Position numbers and translations under genes: made by a program. The notes beneath the pieces were generated by a model. That model searched no databases. It saw only the letters and a program-made list of their open reading frames with translations, and was not told the DNA's origin. Positions 26,388-37,924 of a DNA stretch of 64,000 bases are shown one piece after another. Origin of the DNA: an uncultured Acidobacteriota bacterium (GTDB lineage: Bacteria > Acidobacteriota > Vicinamibacteria > Vicinamibacterales > UBA2999); the NCBI GenBank assembly GCA_963773045.1, contig CAVYZT010000003.1:291191-355190 (forward strand), in the 5' to 3' direction. The first letter of the stretch is position 1; each line of letters begins with the position of its first letter.

Positions 26388-29315
26388 ATGCGTGTTCGGC
26401 TAGTTGCATGCTTGATGCTGGGCGTTTGCCTGGCACTGCCGGCGTCGTCAGCCTTCGCACAGTCCGGCGGTGGAAGCCTCCGCGGATATATCAAGGACGA
26501 GTCTGGCGCGGTATTGCCAGGCGTCATCGTTACTGCCACCAGCACCGAGTTGCTGAAACCTGCGGTCAACGTCACCGACGAAACGGGCCTGTATCGCCTG
26601 AACGACCTGCCGCCCGGCACGTATGCGCTCTCCGCGGAGCTTGCGGGCTTCGCGATCACCAGGCGCGAGAACATCCTCGTCCGCGCCGGCGCGACGTTCA
26701 GCGTCGACATCCAGATGGGCTTGAGCACGCTGGCGGAAACCGTCACGGTCGCGGGCGACTCGCCGATGATCGAGACGAATAAGGCGACCACGTCGATCAC
26801 GCTCGACCGCGAGCTGATTCGCGCGGCGCCGATTTCGTCGCGGCGCGTGTTCAGCGACGCGCTCGACCTCGCTCCGGGAGTCTCGTCGCGCAACGTGGAC
26901 GACGGCGTCGGACGGCGATCCTACTACTTCAAGGGCGCCGTGATCTTCTCGCACGTCTTCACGCTCGAAGGCGCGCCCGCCGGGTCGTTCCTCGATTCGT
27001 CGGCGCACTCGATCGGCTTCGGCGGCGACACCGTCCAGGACTCGGAGCTGAAACTGGCCGGGGTGGACGCCGCATCGCCCACGGGCACGGGCGTCATCAT
27101 GAACATCATCGCGCCACGCGGCGGCAACCAGTTCAAGGGGTCGGCGATCTACGACTACCAGAGCGTCAAGTGGAACAGCGACAATACCAAGGGGGGCGCC
27201 GCGCCGGGCGGTGTGCCGACCGCGCAGTCGGTGAAGCAGTTCGACCTGGCCCTCGGTGGTCCGCTCCTCAGGGATCGCGTCTGGTTCTTCGCGTCGTTCC
27301 GCCGCGCCGACCTGACCAACGGGATCAGCCGATCGGAGTTCAACTATCAGAACGTCCTGGCCAACGACCCGGACTTCCAGTCGTTCGACAACACGCAGAA
27401 GAGCAACCAGCCCTTCGTGAAGGTCACGGCACAGGTCAGTCCCAAGCATGAGGTGACAGGCTTCTACCAGAACGATCGATCGCGCTACACGAGCAACCGC
27501 GAGCTGGACAACACGCGTTTCAACTTCAACTCCACTGGCGGCGGGCTGATTCACGGACGCGTCAATTCGGTGTGGTCGAACCAGCTCACCACATCCATCG
27601 CCGTCAACTACAACAACAAGCGCGGCGGCGACTCCAGCACCTACGCGGACTTCACCGTGACCGGACCGCAGCGCATCATCCACCAGAACGCGTTTCTCAA
27701 TGCCGGCACGCAAGTCGGCACCGGCGGCCTGGCCCAGCTGGACAACCCGCAGACGATCGCGCTGTCGAAGTCGAGCATGACCGTCATCCGCGCCGACCTC
27801 ACCTATTTCAAGACGGGTTGGAAGGGCGGTCACGAGTTGAAGGCCGGCCTGTGGGCCGCGCCGAGCCTGGTCCGCGAGACCAGCACCGAGTACATCAACG
27901 GCGGGTTCTTCCTGCAGGAAGATCGGTACGTCAACGGCGTCGATCCGTCGGCCGGCTACTTCCCGTTCCACCTGCGCTCCCGTTCGCCGTCCAACGTGCC
28001 CAGCATCAGCGAGCACGACAAGGTGACGGCCTTCTACGCTCAGGACGCCTGGTCGGCGAGCGAGCGCCTGACCGTGAACGGCGGCGTGCGCATCGACATC
28101 AACCGCCGCTTCGACCGGCTGCTCGACATCTACCGCATGAAGGACACCGCCGTGCAGCCGCGTGTCGGCGCGTCGTACCTGCTGACGTCGGACGCGCGGA
28201 ACGTCATCCGTGCCAGCTACGGCAAGCTTTACGAACAGGTCAACGGCCGCGACTACATCGTCCAGTTCGGCGCCACGGGTTCCGTGCAGACGACCGACAC
28301 CTACATCAACCCGGATGGCTCGCGCAGCACCGTCATCACGCCGCCGACCCGCGGCATCGATCCGAACCTTCTGTTCGACAAGAACCTGCATCAGCCCTAC
28401 ATCCACGAGTACTCCGTGGGCTACAGCCGCCAGTTGAAGGGGCAGATGAGCATCGGCACGGCGTTCACGCACCGGCGCTTTCACGACAACTTCGGCGAGG
28501 TCGATATCAACGGCATCTATCCGTCGGCGCCGTTCCAACCTTTCGTCGGCTTCGGCCGGATCGATCCCAACCAGGGCATCATCACGCAGGAGACCAACGC
28601 GACGTGGACCCAGGTCATCGTCAATGCGTGGGAAGCGACGTTTGCGAAGAACATGTCGAACAACTTCCAGGTGATTGCGAGCTTCACGCGTCAGTGGCAG
28701 CACCTGAACGGCACGTGGAATCCAACGGATCCGGGGCTGTTCGTGCAGCCCTCCGCCTTCGAGAACAACCGCGACCTGTCGCAGCAGCTGTTCGGCAACG
28801 GCGACGACAACACGCTGAACGGCGGCGGCCGCGAATCCGGTGCGGCGTATCGTCCGTTCTCGCTGCGCATCGGCGGCCAGTGGTTGGCGCCGTGGCACAT
28901 CAGCGTGGGCGGCAGCTACGTCATCCAGGCGGGCGGCTACGTGGGCCCGCTGCTGATCCAGTTGCCGGCGAACGACCCGCAGGTTACGCAGTTCGGCCCG
29001 TCGACGATCCGGCTGGCGAACGGCACGACGCAGCCGAACCCGCTCGCGACCCGCATCCGGTTCCAGGGACCCACGCGCAGCGACGGCCAGATCCGCAACG
29101 AAGATGTGAAGTACTTGCAGTTGAAGATCGGCCGCGTTTTCAAGTTTGGCAACCAGTCGTTCGAGCCGGCGGCGAACATCTTCAACATGTTCAACACCGG
29201 GGCGAACTCGCAGTGGAACACCGGCGCGAACCAGCTGTACAGCCCGAACTACCTGGCGCGGTTCAACCGGCATCCGCCGCGTTCGCTGCAGCTCTCGCTT
29301 GCGTACAAGTTCTAA
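26388..29315 (+). CDS. TonB-dependent receptor with N-terminal carboxypeptidase-regulatory-like domain, intact
   Basis: ATG 26388 with AAGGAG 8 nt upstream. MRVRLVACLMLGVCLALPASSAFAQ signal; GYIKDESGAVLPGVIVTATS..TDETGLYRLNDLPPGTYAL; plug ..TVTVAGDSPMIE..; C-terminal ..RSLQLSLAYKF. Confidence 0.85.
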   Translation: MRVRLVACLMLGVCLALPASSAFAQSGGGSLRGYIKDESGAVLPGVIVTATSTELLKPAVNVTDETGLYRLNDLPPGTYALSAELAGFAITRRENILVRAGATFSVDIQMGLSTLAETVTVAGDSPMIETNKATTSITLDRELIRAAPISSRRVFSDALDLAPGVSSRNVDDGVGRRSYYFKGAVIFSHVFTLEGAPAGSFLDSSAHSIGFGGDTVQDSELKLAGVDAASPTGTGVIMNIIAPRGGNQFKGSAIYDYQSVKWNSDNTKGGAAPGGVPTAQSVKQFDLALGGPLLRDRVWFFASFRRADLTNGISRSEFNYQNVLANDPDFQSFDNTQKSNQPFVKVTAQVSPKHEVTGFYQNDRSRYTSNRELDNTRFNFNSTGGGLIHGRVNSVWSNQLTTSIAVNYNNKRGGDSSTYADFTVTGPQRIIHQNAFLNAGTQVGTGGLAQLDNPQTIALSKSSMTVIRADLTYFKTGWKGGHELKAGLWAAPSLVRETSTEYINGGFFLQEDRYVNGVDPSAGYFPFHLRSRSPSNVPSISEHDKVTAFYAQDAWSASERLTVNGGVRIDINRRFDRLLDIYRMKDTAVQPRVGASYLLTSDARNVIRASYGKLYEQVNGRDYIVQFGATGSVQTTDTYINPDGSRSTVITPPTRGIDPNLLFDKNLHQPYIHEYSVGYSRQLKGQMSIGTAFTHRRFHDNFGEVDINGIYPSAPFQPFVGFGRIDPNQGIITQETNATWTQVIVNAWEATFAKNMSNNFQVIASFTRQWQHLNGTWNPTDPGLFVQPSAFENNRDLSQQLFGNGDDNTLNGGGRESGAAYRPFSLRIGGQWLAPWHISVGGSYVIQAGGYVGPLLIQLPANDPQVTQFGPSTIRLANGTTQPNPLATRIRFQGPTRSDGQIRNEDVKYLQLKIGRVFKFGNQSFEPAANIFNMFNTGANSQWNTGANQLYSPNYLARFNRHPPRSLQLSLAYKF

Positions 29316-29398
29316 CTGCGGCGGGTAGGGCAGGTCGGGCAGGTAAAAGCTCTAACCTGCCTCACCAGCCTCATCTGCCCAACCAGCCCTGACCGTCC

Positions 29399-31549
29399 AT
29401 GCCCCGCGCGAAGCGACACAAGCCGCCGCTTCCGCCCCCCCGCGCGCCCACCGGACCTTCTCGAGCCCTGATCACCGCCATCGCGGTCGCCGCGCTCGTC
29501 GGAGCGGCCGGGTTATGGCTGCGCCGTCCCGCTCCGGCGCCAATCGCGCCCGCCGCGAGGCCGAACGTCCTGCTGATCACGCTCGACACGACGCGCGCAG
29601 ACCGCATCGGCAGCTACGGCTATGCCGCGGCGGCGACGCCGAATCTCGACCGCCTCGCGGCAGCAGGCGTCCGCTTCGAGCAGGCGCTCGCGTCGGCGCC
29701 GTTGACGTTGCCGTCGCACGCCAGCCTGATGACCGGGCGGCAGCCGTACACGCACGGCGTCCGCAACAACGGATACTTCACGCTCGCCGATGACATCCCG
29801 ACCATCGCCGCGTCGTTCGCCGCCGTGGGGTACGACACGGCGGCGTTCGTCAGCTCGTTCGTGCTCGACGCGCAGTTCGGGCTCGCGCGCGGGTTCGCGC
29901 ACTACGACGCGTCGCTCGATGCGCCGCCGGCGGATGCGCCCTCCTCGCTCGAGTCCGAGCGCCGCGGCGATCGGACGGTGGCTGCCGCCACCGGCTGGCT
30001 GCGCGCGCGACCGGCGGGCAAGCCGTTCTTCCTCTGGGTCCACCTCTACGATCCGCATGATCCGTACTCACCGCCTTCTCCGTTCCGCGAGCGGTTCGCC
30101 GCTCGACCGTACGACGGCGAGATCGCATTCGTCGACGTGCTGATTGGCACGCTGCTCCAGGAGACGGGGTATCCCGGTTCGCCGATGCTGGTCATGACCG
30201 CCGGCGATCACGGCGAGAGCCTCGGCGAGCACGGTGAGAGCACGCACGGGTTGTTCGTGTACGAGAGCGCACTGCGCGTGCCGCTCGTGATCGCCGGCGC
30301 GGGGATCGCGCCGGCCGTAGTGAAGGCGCCCGTGCGCCTGATTGACCTGACGCCGACGTTGGCCGACCTTGCGGCCCTGCCGGCAATCGCCGGCGTCGAC
30401 GGCCGCAGCCTGCGGCCGCTGATGAGCGGTCAGGCTGACGGCGACGAGCCCCCGGACGTGTACGCGGAAACGTATTTTCCGCAGTTCTTCATGGGTTGGG
30501 CGCCGCTGCGATCGCTGCGCGCAGGGCGCTGGAAGTACATCGACGCGCCGGAGCCGGAGCTCTACGACCTGTCAACCGACGCCGCCGAGCGCACGAACGT
30601 CATCGCGAGCAAGCCTGCCGCCGCGTTGTCCCTTGCGCGGGTGCTGCGATCCACGGCTGCCGGCGCGGGACGCATGGCGCCGACGCCGCTCACCGACGAG
30701 GCGCGAGAGCGGCTCGCGTCGCTCGGGTACGTGAGCGCCATCACGCCGCCGCATGACGACAAAGCTGCTGCGGCCCCCGATCCGAAACACATGGTGGCGA
30801 CTTTCGAGCAACTGCTCGACGGAAACCGCGCGCTGGCCGGCGGACGCCCGGATGCGGCGGCACGCGCGGCGGCAGACGTCGTTCGCAAGGAACCGGGCAA
30901 CGCGTTCGCGCTGCTGCTCAAGGGTCGTGCCGCGCTGGCGCAGGGGCAGAATCGCGAGGCGATCGCCGCGTTCAAGGCGTACCTCACCCTGGTGCCACGA
31001 AGCGCCGACGCGCATCACTGGACCGCGCTCGCCGCGTTGCGCCTCGGCGATCGCGCGCGCGCGCTCGCGGAAGAGGAAGCGGCTATCGCGCTCGACCCGC
31101 GTCACGCGAGCGCCATCGCACTCAGAGCCGGATTGCTGTTCTCGATGGGCCGCGCAGACGAGGGGATTGCGGCGCTGCGGGAGGCACTGCGGCAGGATGC
31201 CGCGAGTCAGACGCTCGGGCTCGATCTCGCTGATCTGCTGGCGGACGCGAAGCGCTTTCCCGAGGCCGAGACGGAATATCATCGCGTCCTCGAGCGCCGG
31301 CCGGGCGACGGACGCGCGCTGACCGGACTGGCGGTCGTGCTGGGTGCCACCAATCGGCTCGATCTCGCCCTCGAACAATTGACCCGCGCGCTGGAGATCG
31401 ATGAGCGCAACGAAGAGGCACGCCTGGAGCGTTCGCAGGTTTACGCGCGCCTCGGCCGCATGAACGACGCGCGCGCCGACCTCGAGCGCCTCGCGCACGA
31501 GGGGACGCGGCCCGACATCCGCGAGGCCGCGCGCCGCGCGCTGAAGTAG
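29399..31549 (+). CDS. Sulfatase-like hydrolase/transferase fused to C-terminal TPR repeats
   Basis: N-terminal TM anchor; ..PNVLLITLDTTRADRIGSYGY..PSHASLMTG..WVHLYDPHDPY..GDHGESLGEHGE..; the C-terminal about 250 aa are TPR-like (..AIAAFKAYLTLVPRSADAHHW..EYHRVLERRPGDGRAL..). Confidence 0.85.
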   Translation: MPRAKRHKPPLPPPRAPTGPSRALITAIAVAALVGAAGLWLRRPAPAPIAPAARPNVLLITLDTTRADRIGSYGYAAAATPNLDRLAAAGVRFEQALASAPLTLPSHASLMTGRQPYTHGVRNNGYFTLADDIPTIAASFAAVGYDTAAFVSSFVLDAQFGLARGFAHYDASLDAPPADAPSSLESERRGDRTVAAATGWLRARPAGKPFFLWVHLYDPHDPYSPPSPFRERFAARPYDGEIAFVDVLIGTLLQETGYPGSPMLVMTAGDHGESLGEHGESTHGLFVYESALRVPLVIAGAGIAPAVVKAPVRLIDLTPTLADLAALPAIAGVDGRSLRPLMSGQADGDEPPDVYAETYFPQFFMGWAPLRSLRAGRWKYIDAPEPELYDLSTDAAERTNVIASKPAAALSLARVLRSTAAGAGRMAPTPLTDEARERLASLGYVSAITPPHDDKAAAAPDPKHMVATFEQLLDGNRALAGGRPDAAARAAADVVRKEPGNAFALLLKGRAALAQGQNREAIAAFKAYLTLVPRSADAHHWTALAALRLGDRARALAEEEAAIALDPRHASAIALRAGLLFSMGRADEGIAALREALRQDAASQTLGLDLADLLADAKRFPEAETEYHRVLERRPGDGRALTGLAVVLGATNRLDLALEQLTRALEIDERNEEARLERSQVYARLGRMNDARADLERLAHEGTRPDIREAARRALK

Positions 31550-31666
31550 CTCTCGCAATGCGAAAGGAACGCTTCTCGCTCGTTGAGTGTCTGGAGGAGT
31601 GAGTCGACGCGCGCTCGCTGAAGCGCAACAAAGTCAAGGGCCGCAGAAAGACGAGCCGCGCGAGCA

Positions 31667-34600
31667 TCAATTGAGCGTGGGTGTCTCGGCCCTCCCAAAT
31701 AGGATCGACCGAATCCTCGCGGCGACGTTGGCCGGCGCCTTACGGAAGATGACGCGCCCGGGAACATTCACGACGATCTCGGTGCCTTGACCCGGTGCAC
31801 TCGTCACAGACAGGGTTGCGCCGATGCGGGCCGCGCGTTCGCGCATGCCAGGCAGACCGAAATGCCCTTCCTTTCCGCGCTCGGCCATCTCCAACTCCAT
31901 GCCCACGCCGTCGTCTGAGACGCGCAGCGTGAGGTCGTGGCCGTAGCTGAGGGCGATATCCAGTTGACTGCCGCGCGAGTGCGTGCGTGCGTTGCGAATC
32001 GCCTCGTAGCCGATTCGGTAGAGCTCGTCGCGCACCACCGGATGCATCTCCCTGATTTCCCCGCTTACTGCCAGCGACGCGGCGATGGTGCCGTGCCGTT
32101 GGCAATCCTCGACGGCGCGTCGAAACGCCTCCGCGAGGTTGTTACTCTCCGTCGTGGACGTACGCAACGCGTTGACCGCTGCGCGACCTTCCTCGCCAGC
32201 CTGACCCAGCCACGTGGAGACCTGCTGCAGCGCACGCGCCAGCGCCGGTGCGTCGTCGGGTCGATCCAGCGCGGTATCGGCGACCATTTTGCTGCCCTGT
32301 ACGGTCTGCAGCAGGGTGTCGTGGAGATCGCGGGCCACGAGGGTTCGCTCCGCCAGGCGCTCATCGAAACGCGCGCTGAGGGCGCGAGCCACCTGCCGCA
32401 TACGCAAGCGGTACGCGACCCACACCGCCAGGGCACTGACCAGGATGCTCAGGACCAGAAAGATCCGGGTCTGATACCACGCCGGTGCGATGACCATCTC
32501 GAGCGACGCACCTTCCTCGTTCCAGACACCGTCGTTGTTGCTGGCGATCACGCGGAACCGGTACGTTCCCGGGCCGAGATCGTTGTAGAAGGCCTGACGG
32601 CGCGTCCCTGCGTCCTGCCACTCCTGATCGCGGCCGTCGAGCCTGTACCGGAACTGGACCTTCTGGGGAACTGCAAAGCTCAATGCGGTGTAGCGGATTT
32701 CAATGTCGCGACTACGCGCCGGAAGGCGAATGGAAGCGCCAGCAGAGTACTCATGTCGATCAGCACGCACGCTCTCGACATGGACCGGTGGAGCGAGAGG
32801 ATTGCTCCGCGAACCACGGGGGTCCAGCATTTGCACGACCGTATCGTTGACGAACCACAGGCGTCCGTCCGGGGATCGTGAGACTGCCGGCTGGAATGTG
32901 CTCAGCCCGGGCATGACGCCGTCGAATACGTCGAACAGTCGGAACTGTATCGTTGTGTCCGGCTGCTCCGACCATCGTGCGAGTTCTGAATCGGCAATCG
33001 CAATCAATCCGCACTTGGCGTAAATCCACAACGTGGCCTGAGCATCTCGAATGGCGCTGAAGGCGGCATCACACGGCAGCCCATTCCTGGAGGTCAGCGT
33101 TCTGATCTCGCGATTCTTCCAATGAACGATTCCGTTTCGGGTCGACGCCCACGCCGACCCGTCGGCGTCGATCGTCAGGCCCGACAACGGTGGTTCGCCG
33201 TGCGGCAATGGAACGACTTCGAGTTTGCCAGCCTGGTAGTGGGCGAGATTGCCATCTGCGAGGCCCAGCCAGATCCCACCCGTCGGGTCGGCCGCGAGCA
33301 GTCGTGCAAACGGAATTTGGTCGGTGGTAAATTCTTCCTGCACACGTTGGTCCCGGATCCGGAAGAGCCTGCGGTCCGCGCCGACGGCGCTCACCCAGAG
33401 GTTCTGGTCTCGATCCTCGGTGATCGCGATCGCAGTTCCGAGCGGGCGTCCATCCGGGCGGCTGATCTTGCGAAATTGACCGCGTTCATAGACGGTCAGC
33501 AGGTTGTCCACGCCAACCCACAGCCGCTTCGCGTGGTCCTGCCATAGCGACGTGACTCGCTGCCCTGGAATTGGAATCGAGGTCACTCCATCGGCATGTA
33601 GAACGTCGAGACCTGTTCGGTTGCCGATCCAGACAGTGCCATCACCAGACGCGAACACTGAGGAAGCGAGATCGGTCGCCAAACCTTCGCGCACGGAAAA
33701 TGTCACCACGCGCGTGTCACGGAAGCGGTCCAGACCCTTTGACGTAGTCAGCCAGAGATTGCCTTCGCGGTCCTGAAAAAATTCCCTCACCTTGTCGCTC
33801 GTGAGACCGTCTGCGCTCCGGAAGTGATCCACTCGCTCGCCAGACGCCCTGTAGACGCCATCATTGGACGTCCCCATCCACAGGGATTGATCGCGATCGA
33901 TGAACAGGGACACTATCTGCGTCGGATCAATCCCTCCAAACACCGTCTTGTGAGGAACGTTGTCAACAATGTGAACGAGGCCGAGGCCTTCCCTTGGAAT
34001 GGCTGCCCAAACGGAACCGTCTCTCGCCGCAACGACGCTCTCCACGGACGCGAGCCCCTGGTATTGTTCCAATTGCTGCCGGAAGTAGGTTTCGAACTAT
34101 CGTCGCGCCAGCGCATCAATTGATTCGAGGTGCCAATCCAGAGATTGCCGTGCACATCCTCGGATAGCGTCTCTGCATAGGGAAGCCGCATACGGTCGTC
34201 GCCTCCCACGCATCGGGGGTGTTCGCCACTCGCCTCGCACAGACCTCCGTTTGAATCCGGCGGCCGGGATCGTGCTACCCAAATCCTGCGCTGGCGATCT
34301 TCGACAATGGCGTTGATGCGACCACGCACATGCTCCTGTAGATTGTTGTTTCTCCAGCTCAGCAGACTCCTGCCGGTTCCGATCCAAAGAGTTCCGTCAG
34401 ATGAAGCCAGCAAAGAGTAGACGGGGTAGCTGAAAGGACTCTCTACGCCAGCAGGCGCCCAGGGGACGAAACGGACGCCGTCGTACTTCAGCAGTCCAGA
34501 ATCCGTGCCGATCCAAATGTATCCGTCAGCCGTTTGCGCGATCGTGTTCGGAGGGGACTCGAAGGCTCCGTCCTGCACCCGCCATGCGGTATGGGCGTAC

Positions 34601-34689
34601 TGCGTGATGCGCCTGTCGGGATCCGTCGCCCAGGCTGACATTGGCCGTAGCCACACGAGCACGAACACGAGCAAAAGCCGTCGCTGCAT
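31667..34689 (-). CDS. Sensor histidine kinase with periplasmic two-component-regulator propeller + Y_Y_Y domains, HisKA_3/HATPase_c; one apparent frameshift at 34090-34092
   Basis: ORF 33913..34689 (signal + ..DGYIWIGTDSGLLKYDG..) joins ORF 31667..34072 if the A-run (ttt 34090-34092) gains one base: ..RWRDDSSKTYFRQQLEQYQGLASV... The kinase core is ..RTLVARDLHDTLLQT.. and ..LRVSDDGVGM..GHFGLPGMRERA... Confidence 0.8.
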
Positions 34690-34783
34690 GATGGCTTCGG
34701 TGACATTACGTTACGCCGCTGAACTCCGCGCTGGCCTGTCGAAATCTGTCAGGTTCCGACCTGTGGTTTTCCAGAGGCGGTGA

Positions 34784-35422
34784 TCACTCCACGCCCAACA
34801 ACCCGCGCCGGACAGCGATGGTGACGGCGTGCGTGCGGTCGTTGGCGCCCAGCTTGCCGACCAGATTCTTGATGTGGAAGTTGACCGTGGCCTCGGCGAT
34901 TCCAAGCCTATCGGCGATCTGCTTGTTGCGGTGGCCGTCCCTGATGAGGCGCAACACGTCGAGCTCACGCGCCGTGAGGTTTTCTTCCCCGAGGTGCTCG
35001 GCAAGACGAGCGGCCACTTCCGTGGGCACGTGCTTCCGGCCGGCGTGCACCGAGCGGATGCCCGCCAGCAGCGCGTCCTTCGGCATCGACTTGAGCAGAT
35101 AAGCCGAGGCTCCTGAGCGCAGGGCCCGCTGAATCTCTCCGTCGCCGTCTGACATGCTGAGCATGACGATCCGTGCATCGGGGAACTCGCCGCGGATCGC
35201 GATCAGCGTGTCGGTACCGTTCGTGCCAGGGAGCCGCAGATCCATCAGCGTGATATCGGGGCGATGACGCCGGAACTCGGCGATCGCCTGCTCGGCATTC
35301 GCCGCCTGCGCGACCATGACCATGTCCGGCTGCGAGCCGATCATCGTGGCCAGGCCTTCGCGGACGACAGGGTGGTCCTCGACGCTCAGAATGCGAATGG
35401 GCGCGGTCGGAGCACTCGCCAT
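34784..35422 (-). CDS. Response regulator, NarL/LuxR family
   Basis: 212 aa. Receiver (..IRILSVEDHPVVREGL..DITLMDLRLPG..) + LuxR HTH (..LTARELDVLRLIRDGHRNKQIADRLGIAEATVNFHIKNLVGKLGAN..). Confidence 0.9.
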   Translation of the reverse strand: MASAPTAPIRILSVEDHPVVREGLATMIGSQPDMVMVAQAANAEQAIAEFRRHRPDITLMDLRLPGTNGTDTLIAIRGEFPDARIVMLSMSDGDGEIQRALRSGASAYLLKSMPKDALLAGIRSVHAGRKHVPTEVAARLAEHLGEENLTARELDVLRLIRDGHRNKQIADRLGIAEATVNFHIKNLVGKLGANDRTHAVTIAVRRGLLGVE

Positions 35423-35469
35423 ACTCAGCCGGCATTGTACCCCCCGTCAGCTAGAGATAAATCTAGGCC
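35215..35469 (-). repeat. Inverted partner of the 14019-14278 duplicate (covers the intact regulator's promoter and first ~70 codons)
   Basis: See the feature at 14019-14278. Confidence 0.7.
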
Positions 35470-35619
35470 GCGACCTGTTGGTCCTGGGGTGTGCCCACAT
35501 CCGCGCGGCGTCTACGCTGCTCGGAGAAGGCTGCAGCCAATGTCGACCGCAATCGTGCGGCGGGGGTTTCTCGGACTGGTGCCGAGCTCGTGATGGTGCT
35601 CGGCTACGGGGAGGTTTTC

Positions 35620-36339
35620 ATGTCACAAGCAAGAGCCGTTGAAGGTGTCAAGAACGTCCTGTTGATTCACGGAGGGTTCGTGGACGGGTCCGGCTGGCAG
35701 GGCGTCTACGACCTTCTCAAGAAGGACGGCTACCACGTATCGATTGTCCAGAATCCGACGACCTCGTTGGCCGATGACGTCGCGGTGACCAAGCGCATGC
35801 TGGCCACGCAGAACGGCCCGGCGATTCTGGTTGGCCATTCGTACGGGGGCGTCGTCATCACCGAAGCCGGCAAGGATCCCAAGGTCGCCGGCCTCGTCTA
35901 CATCGCGGCCTTTGCGCCGGACAAGGGCGAGTCCGTATCCGCGTTGATCCAGAACCCGCCGCCGGATGCCCCTGTGCCTCCGATCCTGCCGCCTCAGGAC
36001 GGCTTTCTATTTCTCGATCGGACGAAGTTTCGAGCGTCGTTCGCGGCGGATGTGAGCGCTGACGCGGCTGCATTCATGGCGGACTCGCAGGTCCCGTGGG
36101 GTCTCGAGGCTCTCAACGGCGCCGTCAGCGAGCCGGCGTGGAGAACGAAGCCAAGCTGGTACCTCGTGTCGACGGAGGACAAGATGATTCCGCCCGACGC
36201 GCAGCGCGCGATGTCGAAGCGCGCCGGTTCGACGGTTGCCGAAGTCAAGGGCAGTCACGCCGTCTACGTGTCACAGCCGCGGGCGGTTGCCGATCTCATC
36301 GCGAAGGCGGCGAACGGCGTGGCTCTCGCGACCCGATAG
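35620..36339 (+). CDS. Alpha/beta hydrolase (paralog of 16074..16792)
   Basis: ATG 35620 with GGGGAGG upstream. ..VLLIHGGFVDGSGWQ..LVGHSYGGVVITEAG..LVYIAAFAPDKGES..KPSWYLVSTEDKMIP..KGSHAVYVSQP... Confidence 0.8.
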   Translation: MSQARAVEGVKNVLLIHGGFVDGSGWQGVYDLLKKDGYHVSIVQNPTTSLADDVAVTKRMLATQNGPAILVGHSYGGVVITEAGKDPKVAGLVYIAAFAPDKGESVSALIQNPPPDAPVPPILPPQDGFLFLDRTKFRASFAADVSADAAAFMADSQVPWGLEALNGAVSEPAWRTKPSWYLVSTEDKMIPPDAQRAMSKRAGSTVAEVKGSHAVYVSQPRAVADLIAKAANGVALATR

Positions 36340-36526
36340 CAGCGTCAAAGGCCCGGACCATTCTGGCGGGTCGCATCTGGTCGTGCTCAGCAACCAGCTG
36401 CCGCTCGCCGCGTTTATCGAGCATTCCCGTCTTGATCAGTGCAGGCGATCGGGCACGATGCGCCGCTGCGGCGACCACCGTAACCGCCGCCGGGGTCTCC
36501 TCGGTTTCTAGAAAGGGAGTGAGGTT

Positions 36527-37741
36527 ATGAGTGCAACCGTACAACACATGGAAACTGACAAAGCCACAATCCGTCCGTTCCGCGTGGAAGTTCCCGAGGC
36601 GGAACTGACCGATCTGCGCCGGCGCATCGTCGCGACCCGGTTGCCCGAGAAAGAAACGGTCGGCGACTTTACGCAAGGCGTGCCGCTCGCGACCGTGCAG
36701 AAGCTCGCGCGGTACTGGGCGACGGACTATGACTGGCGGACGGTCGAAGCGCGCCTGAACGCCGTGCCGAACTTCATCACCGAGATCGATGGTCTCGACA
36801 TCCACTTCATTCATGTGCGCTCGAAGCATGAGAATGCGCTGCCCGTCATTATCACGCACGGCTGGCCGGGCTCCATCGTCGAGCAGCTCAAGCTGATCGA
36901 GCCGCTGACCAATCCCACGGCGCACGGCGGCAGCGCCGCGGATGCCTTCCACGTAGTGATTCCGTCGATCCCGGGCTACGGCTACTCGGGCAAGCCGACT
37001 GGCACCGGCTGGGGACCGGAGCGAATCGCGCGCGCTTGGACTGTGCTGATGAAGCGCCTGGGATATACGAGGTTCGTGGCGCAAGGCGGCGATTGGGGCG
37101 CGGTCGTCGTCGACATGATGGGAGTCCTTGCACCCCCGGAGTTGCTCGGCATTCACACCAACATGCCCGGCATCTTTCCAAACGACATTGACGGAGCGGC
37201 CTTTTCCGGCGCGGCCGCGCCAGCGGGTCTCTCAGTCGATGAGAAACTCGCTTACGAGCGTCTGCAGTTCGTCTATCAAAAGGGAATCGGCTATGGGTAC
37301 CAGATGGGGCTGCGACCGCAGACGCTGTACGGAATCGCGGATTCGCCCGTCGGCCTGGCGGCGTACTTCCTCGATCACGACGCGCGCAGCTTGGAGCTCA
37401 TCGCGCGCGTCTTCGACGGACAGTCGGAGGGCCTCACGCCCGACGACATCCTCGACAACATCACGATCACCTGGCTGACCAACACGGCGATTTCTGGGGC
37501 CCGCCTCTACTGGGAGTATTGGGGCAAGGGGTATTTCAACGCCAAAGGCGTCTCCATCCCGGTTGCCGTGAGCGTCTTCCCTGACGAACTGTATCCGGCT
37601 CCGCGTAGTTGGGCTGAGCAGGCCTATCCCAACATGATCCACTACAACACGCTGCCCAAGGGCGGACACTTCGCCGCTTGGGAGCAGCCGAAGTTCCTGT
37701 CCGAGGAAATGCGCGCGGGCTTCAGATCGCTACGCGGATAG
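36527..37741 (+). CDS. Epoxide hydrolase (EHN N-terminal domain + alpha/beta fold)
   Basis: 404 aa. ..IRPFRVEVPEAELTDLRRRI..TRLPEKE..YWATDYDWR..EARLN..PNFITEIDGLDIHFIHVRS..LPVIITHGWPGS..FVAQGGDWGA... Confidence 0.85.
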   Translation: MSATVQHMETDKATIRPFRVEVPEAELTDLRRRIVATRLPEKETVGDFTQGVPLATVQKLARYWATDYDWRTVEARLNAVPNFITEIDGLDIHFIHVRSKHENALPVIITHGWPGSIVEQLKLIEPLTNPTAHGGSAADAFHVVIPSIPGYGYSGKPTGTGWGPERIARAWTVLMKRLGYTRFVAQGGDWGAVVVDMMGVLAPPELLGIHTNMPGIFPNDIDGAAFSGAAAPAGLSVDEKLAYERLQFVYQKGIGYGYQMGLRPQTLYGIADSPVGLAAYFLDHDARSLELIARVFDGQSEGLTPDDILDNITITWLTNTAISGARLYWEYWGKGYFNAKGVSIPVAVSVFPDELYPAPRSWAEQAYPNMIHYNTLPKGGHFAAWEQPKFLSEEMRAGFRSLRG

Positions 37742-37924
37742 TGGAGCAGGGACTGGTTGCTTAGGGCTTTCGTCGCGGATGGCCGACCACGCTTGTCAAC
37801 GGCGTGACCGCCTCCGCGGCGAGCCCCTTCTTCGCGGCTTCGAACCGTTCCTCTGGGATTGAAGACTTCGTGTCGCTGGGTAAGGTGAAACGTGCGCTGA
37901 TGTGGTGAGCTGGAGGCCAGGGGT

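Noticed and set aside
26448-29273. 941-aa minus-strand ORF covering the TonB-dependent receptor gene
   Set aside because: It is an antisense shadow ORF typical of high-GC DNA. The translation is Arg/Ala/Val/Asp-rich with no domain logic, whereas the plus strand gives a textbook receptor with signal peptide, plug and a C-terminal aromatic residue.
29337-29361. Hairpin GGCAGGT-(10 nt)-ACCTGCC after the intact TonB receptor as a terminator
   Set aside because: It has only a 7-bp stem with a 10-nt loop and no U-tract, and the sulfatase gene starts 38 nt later, probably co-transcribed. The evidence is too weak to list as a feature.
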